The notes below the pieces were generated by a model. It saw only the letters and a list, made by a program, of their open reading frames with translations. It was not told the origin of the DNA and searched no databases. From positions 378,332 through 442,331 of the forward strand of contig DF236961.1 in the NCBI GenBank assembly GCA_000708835.1: a stretch of 64,000 nucleotides of DNA. The letters run 5' to 3'. Source of the stretch: Klebsormidium nitens (Eukaryota; Plantae; Klebsormidiophyceae). Shown one piece after another: positions 11,531 to 23,558 of this stretch. Position numbers and translations under genes: made by a program. Every line of letters starts with the position of its first letter. Positions within the stretch are counted from its first letter, which is position 1.

Positions 11531-14500
11531 GTTGGAAGAATCGCGTTTTACCTCGTAGGTGAAGGACGCTCGCATGCCATTTGTGTTGGTTCTTGGCTTG
11601 CCGGTCGTTTGTGATTCTTGGGCACTGCTTGGAGCAAGCAAAATAAGGACGTACGAGCAAGGACCAAGAAAGTGTCGCCTGCTTCCACTGTCCACTGACT
11701 GAGAGCTCGAGAATTCTTTACTAATCGTTGCGGTCATGGCAATTCTTTCGGCAACTATGACGACATTTTCAGTTCGTTGCAACAGACAAGGCTCAAGCAC
11801 AGATTTGCGCCTAATCTGGCTTTGGTGTCTCTAAGCAGGCTCGTGATTAAAAGGAGTTGACATCGTGGCCTAGTGGTTCGTCCGGCATACCTGAGTGATT
11901 CCCATGAAGGTGTATCGTCTACTTCGATTATGTTTGGAAAAATCTTCGATCAGAACATTGCATGCAGATCATTGGATCCTGCAGTACAAGAAAGGCGTTA
12001 CACAGCGATTGCCGCAAACGGAAGTGCTATTCAGCAATGTTAGTAATACAAGCGCGATAGTAACGAATTGCATCATTGATATCCGATTGATATCAATGAT
12101 GCAATTCTTATCATCGATGCAGCATCTCGAGCCGCTTATAAAGCATTCCTGGCCAGGTGGCAATTGCATGTACTGGCAGGCCCCGTGCCTGTCCACTTCG
12201 CGAATGTATGTGACGCCTCCGCATTTTTTGCTATTGGACTGGTCAGACTATTGTCACCAAGAATTCGCTATACACTGATTGGCGTACCGCTGTCTATACT
12301 GGCAACTCACTTGTTTCTTCAGGGGCTTGTCTTCTAAGATTCACAAGCCCTAGGCACCGCAACAAAAAACGTGACCCAAAAGCTCGTGCGCTTCGCAGCC
12401 TACTACCCATGCACCCTAACCACTAAACCAACCCTACCCGGCCCCCGGCCTGTAACCTAAGGAGACAAGCCCTTACCAGACAAAGAATTGTAGCCAAGTC
12501 CGCAGATTGAATATATAGCGGTTGGTGGACAAGGCTGCCTATCGGTGTCACCACGTGCACCGCCGATATTGGTAATTTTTACAGCTGGGACGGCAATAAT
12601 CGCTCCTTCTGAAGCTCATGGTACTACAAGAACAGTAAAATATGTGTCCGGTCAGTCTAAGCTGACTTCATCAGCTGAGAACGGACGGCTCTGACAGTAG
12701 GTCGCAATGAACAGTCTCATCCATCATCTGGCGACGAGCCTTTGGACGTTTTCAACAAAATTTTGTTCTTGGGTAACTTCAACGATACTTCTGATGGGGA
12801 CTCGCTCTTGTAGAACAAGTTTGAGAAGCCGCGACGCTTTAGATCTGAACCTCTCTCAGCCCCACTTGCAACAATTTTCTGTTCGGTGGCACCAGCGATG
12901 GTCCCAGGATTGCAACAATTCTTTTGTATCAATTTACGTGACTCCTCACCTCTAACCGACCTCCATATCTTTGCAGAATCGTTCAGAGGGCGTTCAAGGG
13001 CGCATCCGACCAGCCGACTCCTGCGGCTGCACTCCCCTCTGCACGGCGTCTATAGTCTTATCCTTTTCTATCCAAGTAAGTAATAGCAATCCCAGCTGAA
13101 CATGGACTGAGATCTGTTGTCGAGTCCTCCAAGCAATAATGCTAAGGTCATCGCGCTGCCAAGGCAGACTCAAAAACTTAAAGTGGACGGAGCTGTCTCC
13201 TACAACAACGCTCTGCACTAAAAGTACTGGTGGATAAGGTTTATAAACTCGAGTTCTCAGCTGGTTGTTAGACCACTCCTCGATCCGGGAGTTTGTCTCC
13301 CCGAGATCTGCTGCTAGCGCGTCGATCTTTGACTTATCCAATCTTTATACACGTCGTCTGAATTACTGTCCCGAAAAACTGCCTGAAAGAAATCTACTGT
13401 GTTTGGCTAAAATTGCTTCTGACTGCTATTGTGGCATATGGAAGTAGACTCTCGTTCACAACCTGCGGCATGATAGATATCTCGTAAGGGTGCCGATCAC
13501 AACTCAAATGCTCCGCTGTTGCTGCAGCCATGGCGATTGCAGTGATTGTACTGAATGAATCTTGTATGTGTACACATGATTGACGCAAACATGAACGCGC
13601 AGAAGATGATCGACCAGTCGCATCGATCCCCATCCAAGTTCAAGCTCGCATGGCAAATTGATGCGCATGCTTGGCTGACGTACTATGTCAAGCGGTAGAA
13701 CCAATGCTTCGAGGCGGCTCACCTTCAACTGGACTTATTGGAGCGATAACAGCCGCTGCAAGTTCATCTTGTCTTTGACGGTATTGCAATTGGACCGGCC
13801 ACCCCCCTCTCACTTCTGTGTCCTCGCGTTCTTTCGCGTCCTGTCTAACCGTTCCATCAGCTCTATCTGCGAGAAAGGTACGCCATGATGGGTATATTTG
13901 GACGGCTGTCTGCTTGCCGAGCGGAAGCGCTCATTTGATGGCGTCCAAAGCAGGAGTTAATATACAAACTTATTTCGACGAAGTTACTTCAACCCTCGGG
14001 AAAAAAACCGCTGCTCTTCAATTACCTCTTCCGTCGTATACCTTATTCATACAAAGCGCTGTCTTCGCGGGCGTCTTATTTGGACAGATATGCTTCTGTC
14101 TTGTACGACCTCTATTTGGCTGGACCAGTGTTTGTGTTCTTTCTGTCTGTTGGGCGTCGGAAATGTAATTACTGCCATGCTTTCCCCGAACGACGAACGT
14201 GAGGACTCTGCAAGACTGGTTGGAAACAAAAGCAGTAATCGAATTTATATTCCGCGTAGTCTCACTTCCTAAACCTCTTCCAAGAAGTCCCAAAGCGGAT
14301 GCGTACCCTTTTTCCAAGATGAAGCGCTGAAATTAGACAGAGTCCGATTCAGATCCCCCCATTCCAGGCCTTACCCTGCATATTTCCGGGCGTCCAAGTT
14401 GGAGGCTTACGAGTGCCTCGACGGCAACTACTAGGTAGCTCAAGGAGCCGGACCTCCCCGCTGCCACCGCCAAGGCAGCAATCAGGCGGCTCAACATTGC

Positions 14501-16482
14501 CCCAAGGACCGCGCTCTTCCAAGAGAAGCTGGCCGAGAACACGCAGCAAGTGCGGCGATGCGTGGACAGCTCAGGTAAGGGGTCCCTCACATGTGCGGTA
14601 CGAGATCGAAAAGGGTAACACGTTTACCTTCTAACGCACAGGAAGTGAAAGGGTGTGCTTCGGAGATCAACCAGCGGCCGGGGACCATGCTAGTTATACT
14701 TTGTACCTATACTAAGCCGCCCTCCAAGTGTTAGAAAGCAAGGGCTGAGCGAGGGTGAATGCCCATCTGCGGATCTGAATCCTTCATTTTGATCAAGACG
14801 TGAGGTGCTTACGTTGGTGTGGCTCTGCGTGATTACGCCATGTGGAATTCAGAGGGCGTTCTGTCCCGTAACAGCCTGGTAGAAAATGATGAAATCTTTT
14901 CTAGATACAGAAAGCTGGCTCGCTATGAGTGCACCAGTCTGTCATTTCGTTTCGTACACGAAAGTTTGTCACAGCCTGTCTGCCTTTGGCGGTGGAGTTA
15001 GTTAAGTTGTCGACTTTGATCATCCGGGATCTGCCTCAGCAGCTCTGCCTACTCAATCTGTTACTTCGATGCGGATAACCGATGGAACTCACGACAGTTG
15101 CTGATAAGTTGGCCCTTTTGGTGGAGCGGTCCTGCTCAAGGGAGAAGGCCTGGGTTGAGGCTGCTGTAAAGATGGCGACGAGAAACAGAACCCGATCAAC
15201 ATCGCATCCGCAAACAACTTTACGCATTTTTCTACAGGCTAAGTAGTGCGGGCGTATGAGGACCGTTGACCTAGGTTCCGTCCAGCATGTGTTGACAACT
15301 TTGTGTGGATCCAGCTGAGTCGAGTACAGTTGGAAATCGACTTACAAACAAGTTCCCGTATGGATGTGAGTGGCAAGCAACGAGCGGCAAGCAAGCAGCC
15401 CATCTCAAAAAAAATGAGCACCCGTATATATTCGAATATGCAGCCAGAAAGTCTCGGGGGACGCTTGTGCCCGTGACTCCTTGAATCTGTTTTATGTCCC
15501 TAGATTGGTTGCGTGCAATGACGCGATCTTATCCTTACCGGTTACTGGTTACCCAATGGCGCACACACCCGTGCGCAAGTATTCTGAGCGGTGTGACTGC
15601 GCAGTCGTGCCAAAGCTAGGTTTGTGTTCTTGGGTATAAGGCGTTCAAGGACGTGCACTGCAAGATCATATTGCATGGCCGTCATGCCCCATCGGACATC
15701 ATACCAGGATACGATCGGTGTCTAACCGTCCGACTAGACCGTCAGAAGGATTCGTACTGATCACGGTGCAGTGCACATGCCTGATTACCTTAGCCAGTTG
15801 ATTGGGTCAAACTTAAATTAGACTTGGGAAAAGGGCGGCTGCCGAGAGCAGCCTATCATTGCGGCCGGCCCGGGCCCCAGCCGCGCCACAGATGACGCGT
15901 ATCGATTGGCGGCTATAAGCCACTGAGGCATGGGCCGCGCCAACCAGCTGCATGCAACCATTTGGGGTGGCGGCAGAATCGGACATGTGCGTATGTTGAT
16001 TTCAACCGCTGTATGCACCGCACACACACATGTGTGTTAAGTTGCCCGATCTGACAGAACAGATTCCCTCGACCTACACCTGTAGATATTTACGCCTCAG
16101 TACAATCGCGGCTCAATCTGCTGAGTCACTCACTGCATGCAAGTCAAATCAACATTTCAACATCACATGAACTCAAAGATGCAATTTTATAGTCTGGCCA
16201 TATGCGGCGTAAGGTACCAACTGTTGAATGGCCATGCCGGCACCGTCGCTTTAAACATACCTTAGGTATGATCTAACACATGTGACATGAAGTGTTCACG
16301 TCTTCCAATCGCAATTAGAAGCAACTTTCGGACTCAGGTTGTGTCGGATGGGCATTAGTATATGCATGTCATTCGCCAGGTCACTTTGACACATGTCTGC
16401 AGCGTAAGCACGACTTTGTCGGTTGTGGCAATCCGATGCAGATTGGTACTTGGGGAACTCGTATCTCAGTAACAGTAAGATA

Positions 16483-19375
16483 TTAGGACTTTTTAAATAC
16501 CCCTAGCTGCTTGGCAATCATAGTACCAAGCCAAACAACGGCGGCCCCCTTCATCCAACTCATCAGAATCTGCACCTGCTTCTCCACTCTCTCACTAGCG
16601 TCTTTGCTCCGCTCGCTCGCAGCCGCGCTCCGCTCGCTTGCCGCCTCGCTGCGCGCGCTCGCCTGCTCACTCCGCTCGCTCGCCTCCGCGCTGCGCGCGC
16701 TCGCCTNNNNNNNNNNNNNNNNNNNNNNNNNNNNNNNNNNNNNNNNNNNNNNNNNNNNNNNNNNNNNNNNNNNNNNNNNNNNNNNNNNNNNNNNNNNNNN
16801 NNNNNNNNNNNNNNNNNNNNNNNNNNNNNNNNNNNNNNNNNNNNNNNNNNNNNNNNNNNNNNNNNNNNNNNNNNNNNNNNNNNNNNNNNNNNNNNNNNNN
16901 NNNNNNNNNNNNNNNNNNNNNNNNNNNNNNNNNNNNNNNNNNNNNNNNNNNNNNNNNNNNNNNNNNNNNNNNNNNNNNNNNNGCTCACTCCGCTCGCTCG
17001 CCTCCGCGCTGCGCGCGCTCGCCTCCGCGCTTTGTTTACTTGCCGTTGCGCTTTCTTCGGCCTTGTCTGCAGCGAGCTTCGACGATGAGGCTGCCTCGTT
17101 CGCAGTCCTCGCGCTCTCCGTTGTGATTGTAAGCAGACGACTAACGTCTTGTGCGAGTAGATCTGCAGAGGGGAAAATTCGCTCAACATATCGATTCCGC
17201 TTACACAGGAATCAAGGGCACTTGGCAGGCGGCATGTCCATAAACGCCATGCAGCCAACTTCAACGGACATGCCAGAAGAAGAATGCAATCAGATGATTT
17301 CTTGATAGCACGTCAACGCCGGGAGCTGCACACTTTCAGCTGATGAGCGGAAACACTTGGTCAGGTAAGGGACGTTTCTTACGTTCGCAAGATACATATA
17401 GGAGGGCCCCCACTTTGTGCAGCGCCGACAGGTTGGGGAATATGTCTGGATGAAGCTCCACCAGCCGACGTGCGACAGGCTGACTGTCCCGGTGGAGCGC
17501 TAGTGCCGCATATACGATCACCTAGCAATTCAGAACAGAGGCTGACTTAGTACTCAGGTGTGGCCAATTTGACTGGTTGCGAAATCCGTAACACTGGACC
17601 TGATGTGGCAATGAACAGATTCTGTACACTCCAGTTTCTTTCTAACATTGGAATCCATCCATAATCTCTTCCACTAGACGTCCACAACAATTGATGGGGA
17701 GGGCACGAGGCCAATTTGTCTCAATTTGTCACCCAGGATCGGCAGTTGGGATCGACCGATCAGGTCCGAAACATGTCGGATAGAGTCAGCCAATCCACCG
17801 TATCCAGTTCAGCGAACGCATTTTGCAGACTCTATGCATGATTCTGCTTACCTGGGGCGCTGAGAAGGAGCAGTCGGAAGTGCTCTGCAGGTCGGTCAGG
17901 GGCGTGCTGTCAGCTGGGGCGGTGCTCTGTGAACTGGTTGATCGTTGAAGCGCGTCAGGCGGGGGCACGTGCTGCACGTTGGTTGGCGGGTCAACCGAGG
18001 AAGGGTCGACTGGGGGCGCGCTTGGCTGGTCCACACCCATGGATGTTGGGGGGAGATGCTCCGGGCCGCTGGTTGAAGTGGTTTCCACGTTGGTGATGGA
18101 GCTGCTGTTGGGGGCAATTGCTAACCGCGCCCTTTGCAGGGCTACTTGCGCTGCCCGCTCCAACGATGCAACCTTCTTCGGGATGCCCGCTTCCTCGACG
18201 AGGGACGACTCCGCAACCACCAGGCTATTTGTGCCTGGCAGCGCCGAAGGGGTGATCTTGCTGTTTTCGGACGCTTCAATTGGGGAGTCTTTCGGGGTTT
18301 GTGGCTCTGGATTCAGTGGTTCCACAATGTTATCCAGGCCCTGCAAGTACCAGACGTTACACAGCTGTCAGACTAGAAGGGCATGAAAGCTCCGGAAATG
18401 CCAGTTCAGCAGTGAAACAAACTCTGCAGCAGCCACAGCCACCTGCCTGACAGTCATGGACCGTAGTGCTTTCTCTTGTCCAACGTGCTTCTCAAAGCAA
18501 ACGGTTTCTTGAAACCGTTTCTGCCACAATCAGCTCTTTACCAAGTGCCAAAAGTACTGCCTCGGCCATGCTCAGAAGGACTCAGAGTGAGGAAGACACT
18601 CCTATTTACCACCAGGCCTTGTTCCCAGGATCAGGGCAAGAAATACCCCAGACAATCAGGCCTAGTGGTGAGGAGCAATGTTAACCTTTTCTATCACCAT
18701 TAAGCCCTTGCTTGGAGCCCCAACAAGCAGAACAACCATGCATACGTGGCTCAGTACGAAGGGTGACAGCATGAGAAGCCTCCTCTGCGCTCGAAGACTG
18801 AAATCAGACACATACACTCGCGGCATTCCCAAAGTTGAGCTCCAGTGGTTGACTTACAACGCGCAATATGAGTCCCCTTCTAAAGTGGATACAAGTAGTA
18901 CTCCGCAGGCAGTTTGACTCACCACCAGCGTGATCGTCAACTTTCCGGGTGATGTTGTCTCTCTTGACCGTCGTGTGTGGATGTAGAGATCCACTTCCAG
19001 GCTTGCATCCACAGCTGGAGCGGCTGCCTTTCCGTCCCCCTTTTCTAAGATAGCTTTTGACAGACTCTGAAGCGTCATGATGGGGTCCGGCACATTTCCC
19101 CTGGCGTGCTCGACCAGGAGGGTCTGCAAGCTGAGCACATTATTCTTGATCTTCTTATCCCTCCCACTATGTAACAATGCCCTTGCAATGTCATGCATGT
19201 TGGCGAGTGCTGCCTGCGCATCCAACCCATTCACCTGTCGGGCAAAGGACTGTGATGTCACATCTCCTGCTTCACAAACCTTTACATTGGCCTTCTGTAA
19301 ATACTGGAGCAAAAGATTCTGTGCTATAAGCTCCTGATACACAGAAATCCCCTCCCGAACCATGACGGTGGTCAA
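16483..19375 (-). CDS. Unknown protein: Pro/Ser-rich middle, Ala/Ser/Glu/Arg heptad repeats, C-terminal hydrophobic segment (5' end uncertain)
   Basis: Phase-compatible exons 18340-17852, 17521-17383, 17162-16483 (TAA at 16485-16483), plus a probable upstream exon ending at 18923. The last exon reads ...SAEASARSAEASERSEQ[gap][59 protein letters not shown]. Confidence 0.55.
16600..17030 (-). repeat. Coding tandem repeat (21/42-bp units) collapsed around an assembly gap
   Basis: Units such as CGCTCGCTCGCCTCCGCGCTGCGCGCGCTCGCCTGCTCACTC flank 276 Ns (16707-16982). The reading frame is the same on both sides. Confidence 0.85.
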
Positions 19376-20459
19376 AATGCTGTTCTACTGATCTAGATCT
19401 GGAACTAGCAAGCCGCAAATGCCGCGGACGGCGCAAGAGAGATGTCCTCTTATCTCTCAAGTTAAGGAGATTGACGGTTGTCAGCGAATAGGGTTCCAGT
19501 TCCGCACCTTCACTTTATGTGCAAAGGTTTGCCACCTTTGTTTACGTTCGAAGCCGCCATTCTGACCGTGTTGACTTGCAAGAATCCGTTTGCTGTGGGT
19601 ACTAGGACTACCTAAGGCTGCACACTGCACAGCGTTGTCCTTCTTTTTGCACGAGATTCATGCGAGCCTCAAGTACCGGATATACGGTGTCAGACTCAGA
19701 GTCAGAGTCAGAGCAGTGAGAGCACTCGTGAACGCGTACAGCTGCAGCTAGGCTCAATGGTGCGACACGTACCCTGCACGATCAGTGACGTCACCGCAAA
19801 GGTGGGGAGTCATGGCCGTCGATTTGCGGCCATCGCAGGCAAGGGAGGGTCTCGATCTCGATTGGCGGTCGTGACGTCAGGAACCAAACGCTCCTGAACA
19901 GGCAAACCGACAAATTAGGGGCGCATGACCGCCCGACGTCTGCGTCGGTCTTGTCGGACGCCGGCCCGCTAGTAGTTCTTAGACCCACTTCGGACGGTCA
20001 CGTCGAGTTCAGTGCTGGCACCGACGGTGAACGTACTGAACAAGCAAGTTCGGTCACACCGACTGACTCACAGCGTCCGCAAACTCGGTTTACAGTATCG
20101 AACTATCGACATCGGAATACTGTGGGCCGGGTGGTATAGGACTACAGCGTAACACATTCGACCGCGAATTCTTGGATTCTGCCGCGAAAATCTGAGTGAC
20201 TGGGGCCCAGGGTCTCCATATAAGTTTTTGTCCCGGCCAGCCAGCTGCCGGCACCCTCCCGGTTCTTCCAGCTGAGAGTCGGTGTTTGAGGCTACCGGCC
20301 AGCTGGGCCCACTATGTACCTGCAGTTTCTGCCAGCTACACAGCAGGCGGGGTGCCTTCGGCACCAGCCGGGGCCCTTACCCGGCCAGCCAGGTCTGCCC
20401 CATGCTGCCGGCTGTGGGAAACCCTGCACTGCCGGGCTGTTAGTGGCGCAAAACTATCA

Positions 20460-20985
20460 AAGTAGACTCCTTTTGTTAGTGTCTCCGCCACTCGATCGGT
20501 GTGAATCACTCTCAACCCACCTGGAAGCACCTGAAGTGTGACAAATGTTGCAATCTGTCAGTGGTTACGAGAGTGGTTACAACGTTGACAACGAGACTAA
20601 CATCGACATCGACATTGACATCGACATCGCCATTGACCCCGGGCACTTACTGTGACATTAGGGTTACGTTGCAAACCTGTGACGGTTCACGCCAATCGAC
20701 GAGCGCTTTGTTAGGGTTACGCCATTTCCAAGTGACATTAGGGTTACTCACTGACAGTGACAACCGGGCAGAGCTCTTTTGGTTTTAGTGTTGTGACCCG
20801 GTTCCATCCGTACTAGAAACCGTACCGCAAGTGTACGGTACAACTTGACATTCTGACACAGTTTTGTTCAAAAGACCTGATCTGCCAGTACGGTCCACGC
20901 GGATAGCCTGTGAACCAATGATCCCGCGTGTAAGATGTATTCACACGTTTTTGGAGCCTGAGACACTAACAAAAGGAGTCTACTT
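20460..20985. mobile_element. Non-autonomous element-like segment bounded by 26-bp perfect inverted repeats
   Basis: AAGTAGACTCCTTTTGTTAGTGTCTC (20460-20485) is the reverse complement of 20960-20985. The interior has GACATC/GACATT runs and three TTAGGGTTAC copies. Confidence 0.5.
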
Positions 20986-21479
20986 CGTCGTACTAGCGTC
21001 AGTGGCAGGTTCAAGTGGTTTCTTGCACAATGATGCAATGGCTTCCTATGCAAACTCTCATGCATCATTTATCACAGCCCTTGTGCAATACCTATATAAA
21101 GTTCTTTTCAGGGCAATTGCCGTCTCTCTCAGAAGCAATTGGTCAGTGCAATCTGTTCTGAGTCAGGGACTATGCCCATATCATTCAGCATCTTTCTGAA
21201 TCTTTCAGCATGCTGTAATCTATATCTAGAGAACATCGTCCCATTCTATTTTAATTCTGACCCATGCAAGCCTTATCATTCTGAAGTAATGTCTCAGTTG
21301 CACACCACCGGCCCCTAAAATGTACTAATGACACGTTCTTACTCACTCGATCACTCACGTTAGTATGCACTATTGAATTAAGATTGTAAGATGCTATATG
21401 GTCGACCTTCGTGAAGAAGGGGGCTCGAAGGGGGTTCCAAGTATGTCACTTACTTTGAGAGCGTCAAAAGGGGTTTTGA

Positions 21480-22513
21480 GTGGGTTATTTGGATTTGCTA
21501 CAAAAATGCACAACCCCTACTGCTCGAATTTGCAAGGTTAGGACGGGGTCTCATAAGCTGGCGGTTGAAACTGGTCGTTGGCATGGGGTAGCCCGAGCAG
21601 ATAGATTGTGCCAAGTTTGTAAATGCAGCTGCATTGAAGACGAGTCACACTTTCTGTTTGATTGTGATGCATATGGAGACATTAGGCTTCAATTTAGGCA
21701 TCTTTTTACAAAATCTCGTAGCAAGGACCTAGGCGACTTTCTCAATTCCGAAGATCAATTCTCCGTAGCTAGGCATCGTGTCAAAACATCTGTGCAAGGG
21801 CGTCCGGAACTCCGAAAAATAAACCGGCCACCAGGGGGGTAACAAACGAAAATTGACCCAAAAAACACCGGCCACCAGGGGTACCCAAGTTCCGACTCGA
21901 TGTAAACCTGGTTTAAAGGGATATAAGGGGATGGAGCGAGTGCAATATCTGCTTGGTAATTGTCGAAACATGACCAGAGGTTTTCAGGTGCTTCTCTTCG
22001 GTTCGGCCCCGCAATCAACTTATAAAAGGCAAAAGAGAGCACTATTACCTAAATGCATCTGGATTTGAGTTGTGTGGTGATATCTGTGCCAAAACATTTG
22101 GTTCGAGACTGGTCGGTTGATGTGGCCTCGTAACCTCCAGCCTCTTGCAAGGGGCTGACAGGCTCAAGACAACACATACGCGGCTGATTAGTCGCTAGCT
22201 TATAAGCGGAATTCCGCTTCGATTCTTGGAATAATGGAACATTTATCAGAAAATTCAGCCGGGCACCGGCCACCAGCCCCCTCGACTCATCTTGACGGTG
22301 CTCCGAGAACCGGCCACCAGCCCCTCCAGATAAATTGCGAAAACCGGAGTTCCGGACGCCACTGCACCTATGTTTTGACATGATGCCCTATGATACATTC
22401 ATTGGAGCATAAAGAGAAGGAAGGAGAAAGTAGGCTAGCTGAACTCTTGTAGAACAGTCCACTAGGCCTGTTGTGGCCCCAAACGGACTTTAATGAATCA
22501 TTCATTCATTCAT
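21480..22513 (+). mobile_element. 5'-truncated non-LTR retrotransposon (LINE) 3' remnant
   Basis: Peptide RTGSHKLAVETGRW...RLCQVC...IEDESHFLFDCDAYGDIR matches the Cys/His C-terminal knuckle of LINE ORF2 proteins. After removing the nested MITE, the frame continues to TAG at about 22452, followed by a (CATT)n tail at 22498-22513. Confidence 0.75.
21772..22388. mobile_element. MITE (Tc1/mariner-type, TA target duplication) inserted in the LINE remnant
   Basis: About 43-bp imperfect TIRs: GGCATCGTGTCAAAACATCTGTGCAAGGGCGTCCGGAACTCCG, and at the right end (reverse complement) GGGCATCATGTCAAAACATAGGTGCAGTGGCGTCCGGAACTCCG. TA flanks both sides (21770-21771, 22389-22390). Four ACCGGCCACCAG subterminal repeats. 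Confidence 0.8.
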
Positions 22514-23558
22514 ATCGACAAGATTCAAGCCTGCGCCGCGGCTGCAAGATGCATGTACGGCAATTAAGTTGTTTACTAGCTCTTACACAGTGACATGGCG
22601 ATCGATCTCTTCAATGCATATTAACGCCCTAAGTTTGGGCACGATGGCGCCAGGCCATGAACAACAATCGCCACCGACTCAACGGAGCACTGACCAAATA
22701 CATGCATGCATGCATACATACATACCGTACTGCCGTATGTATTAGTATGTTGTTCTATAAAAACATCATACTTACTTGGTACCACGGTACTAATACTATG
22801 TGTACAGGCAAGCAAAGCTCGGATGTATCACAAGTGAAAGTAAGCCTGAATGATAGTCGGACACGCTTGCATGGTCTTATCTTGGATGTGCTCAGACAAT
22901 GAGTCATAGCGGTCATTGATAGTGACCAACAACAGAGCCTCACCGCACTAGCAACAGGTTTAACCAATTGCCAAGATGAATATACTCTACACGATTATGC
23001 AGAACTGTACAATTCAAAGCTCTAAAGATTTTCAAGGGACACTAGAACTATTGAATAGACTGAACACATAAGATAACATTCGATCTAGGGTTTAGCCTGG
23101 GCCGCGCTGTCTCAGTTTCCTAGTACATTTGCAGCTTTAGAATTTGTGGTCACCAGCACGATATATCCTCTTCATGACGGAAATGCGCTCGAAGGGCCAC
23201 GTTGCCTAAACAGGCTCACTCCTTTTTTAAAAATTTGGTTGGAGACAGTGGAGGATGTCGTCAACGACAACCGTACTACCATATGACTAGAACTGAAAAC
23301 CGACCTGCCAATAGCACACCAAACAAAGCTGCACGCATGCAAACCCCATTCCTCCAGCCCTATACGTAGGTCGGATGAAACGACAAACCGCCCAGATGCA
23401 AGAATCCTAAACGAACCCCTGTGTATCTCTTGAAACAAGAATGGCTTCTGCCTTGTGTGGTCACACCTTGTAAACGTGCACTCCATCCGCATTCAATCCT
23501 CATCTGGCTACTATTACCCGTTCTAAGGTTAAAAACCAACGCGCTTTATGCTTACACA

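Noticed and set aside
12410-12460. ACCCTAACCACTAAACCAACCCTA, resembling telomeric repeats
   Set aside because: Too short and degenerate to call an interstitial telomere.
13590-14580. Coding-like fragments on the plus strand (e.g. LKEPDLPAATAKAAIRRLNIAPRTALFQEKL with a donor at about 14576)
   Set aside because: In-frame stops and no recognisable family; possibly a pseudogene, but not supportable.
16511-17305. 264-aa plus-strand ORF (SLRSLASALRALA repeats)
   Set aside because: Antisense of the minus-strand exon, which has a proper acceptor, a phase match to upstream exons and a stop codon.
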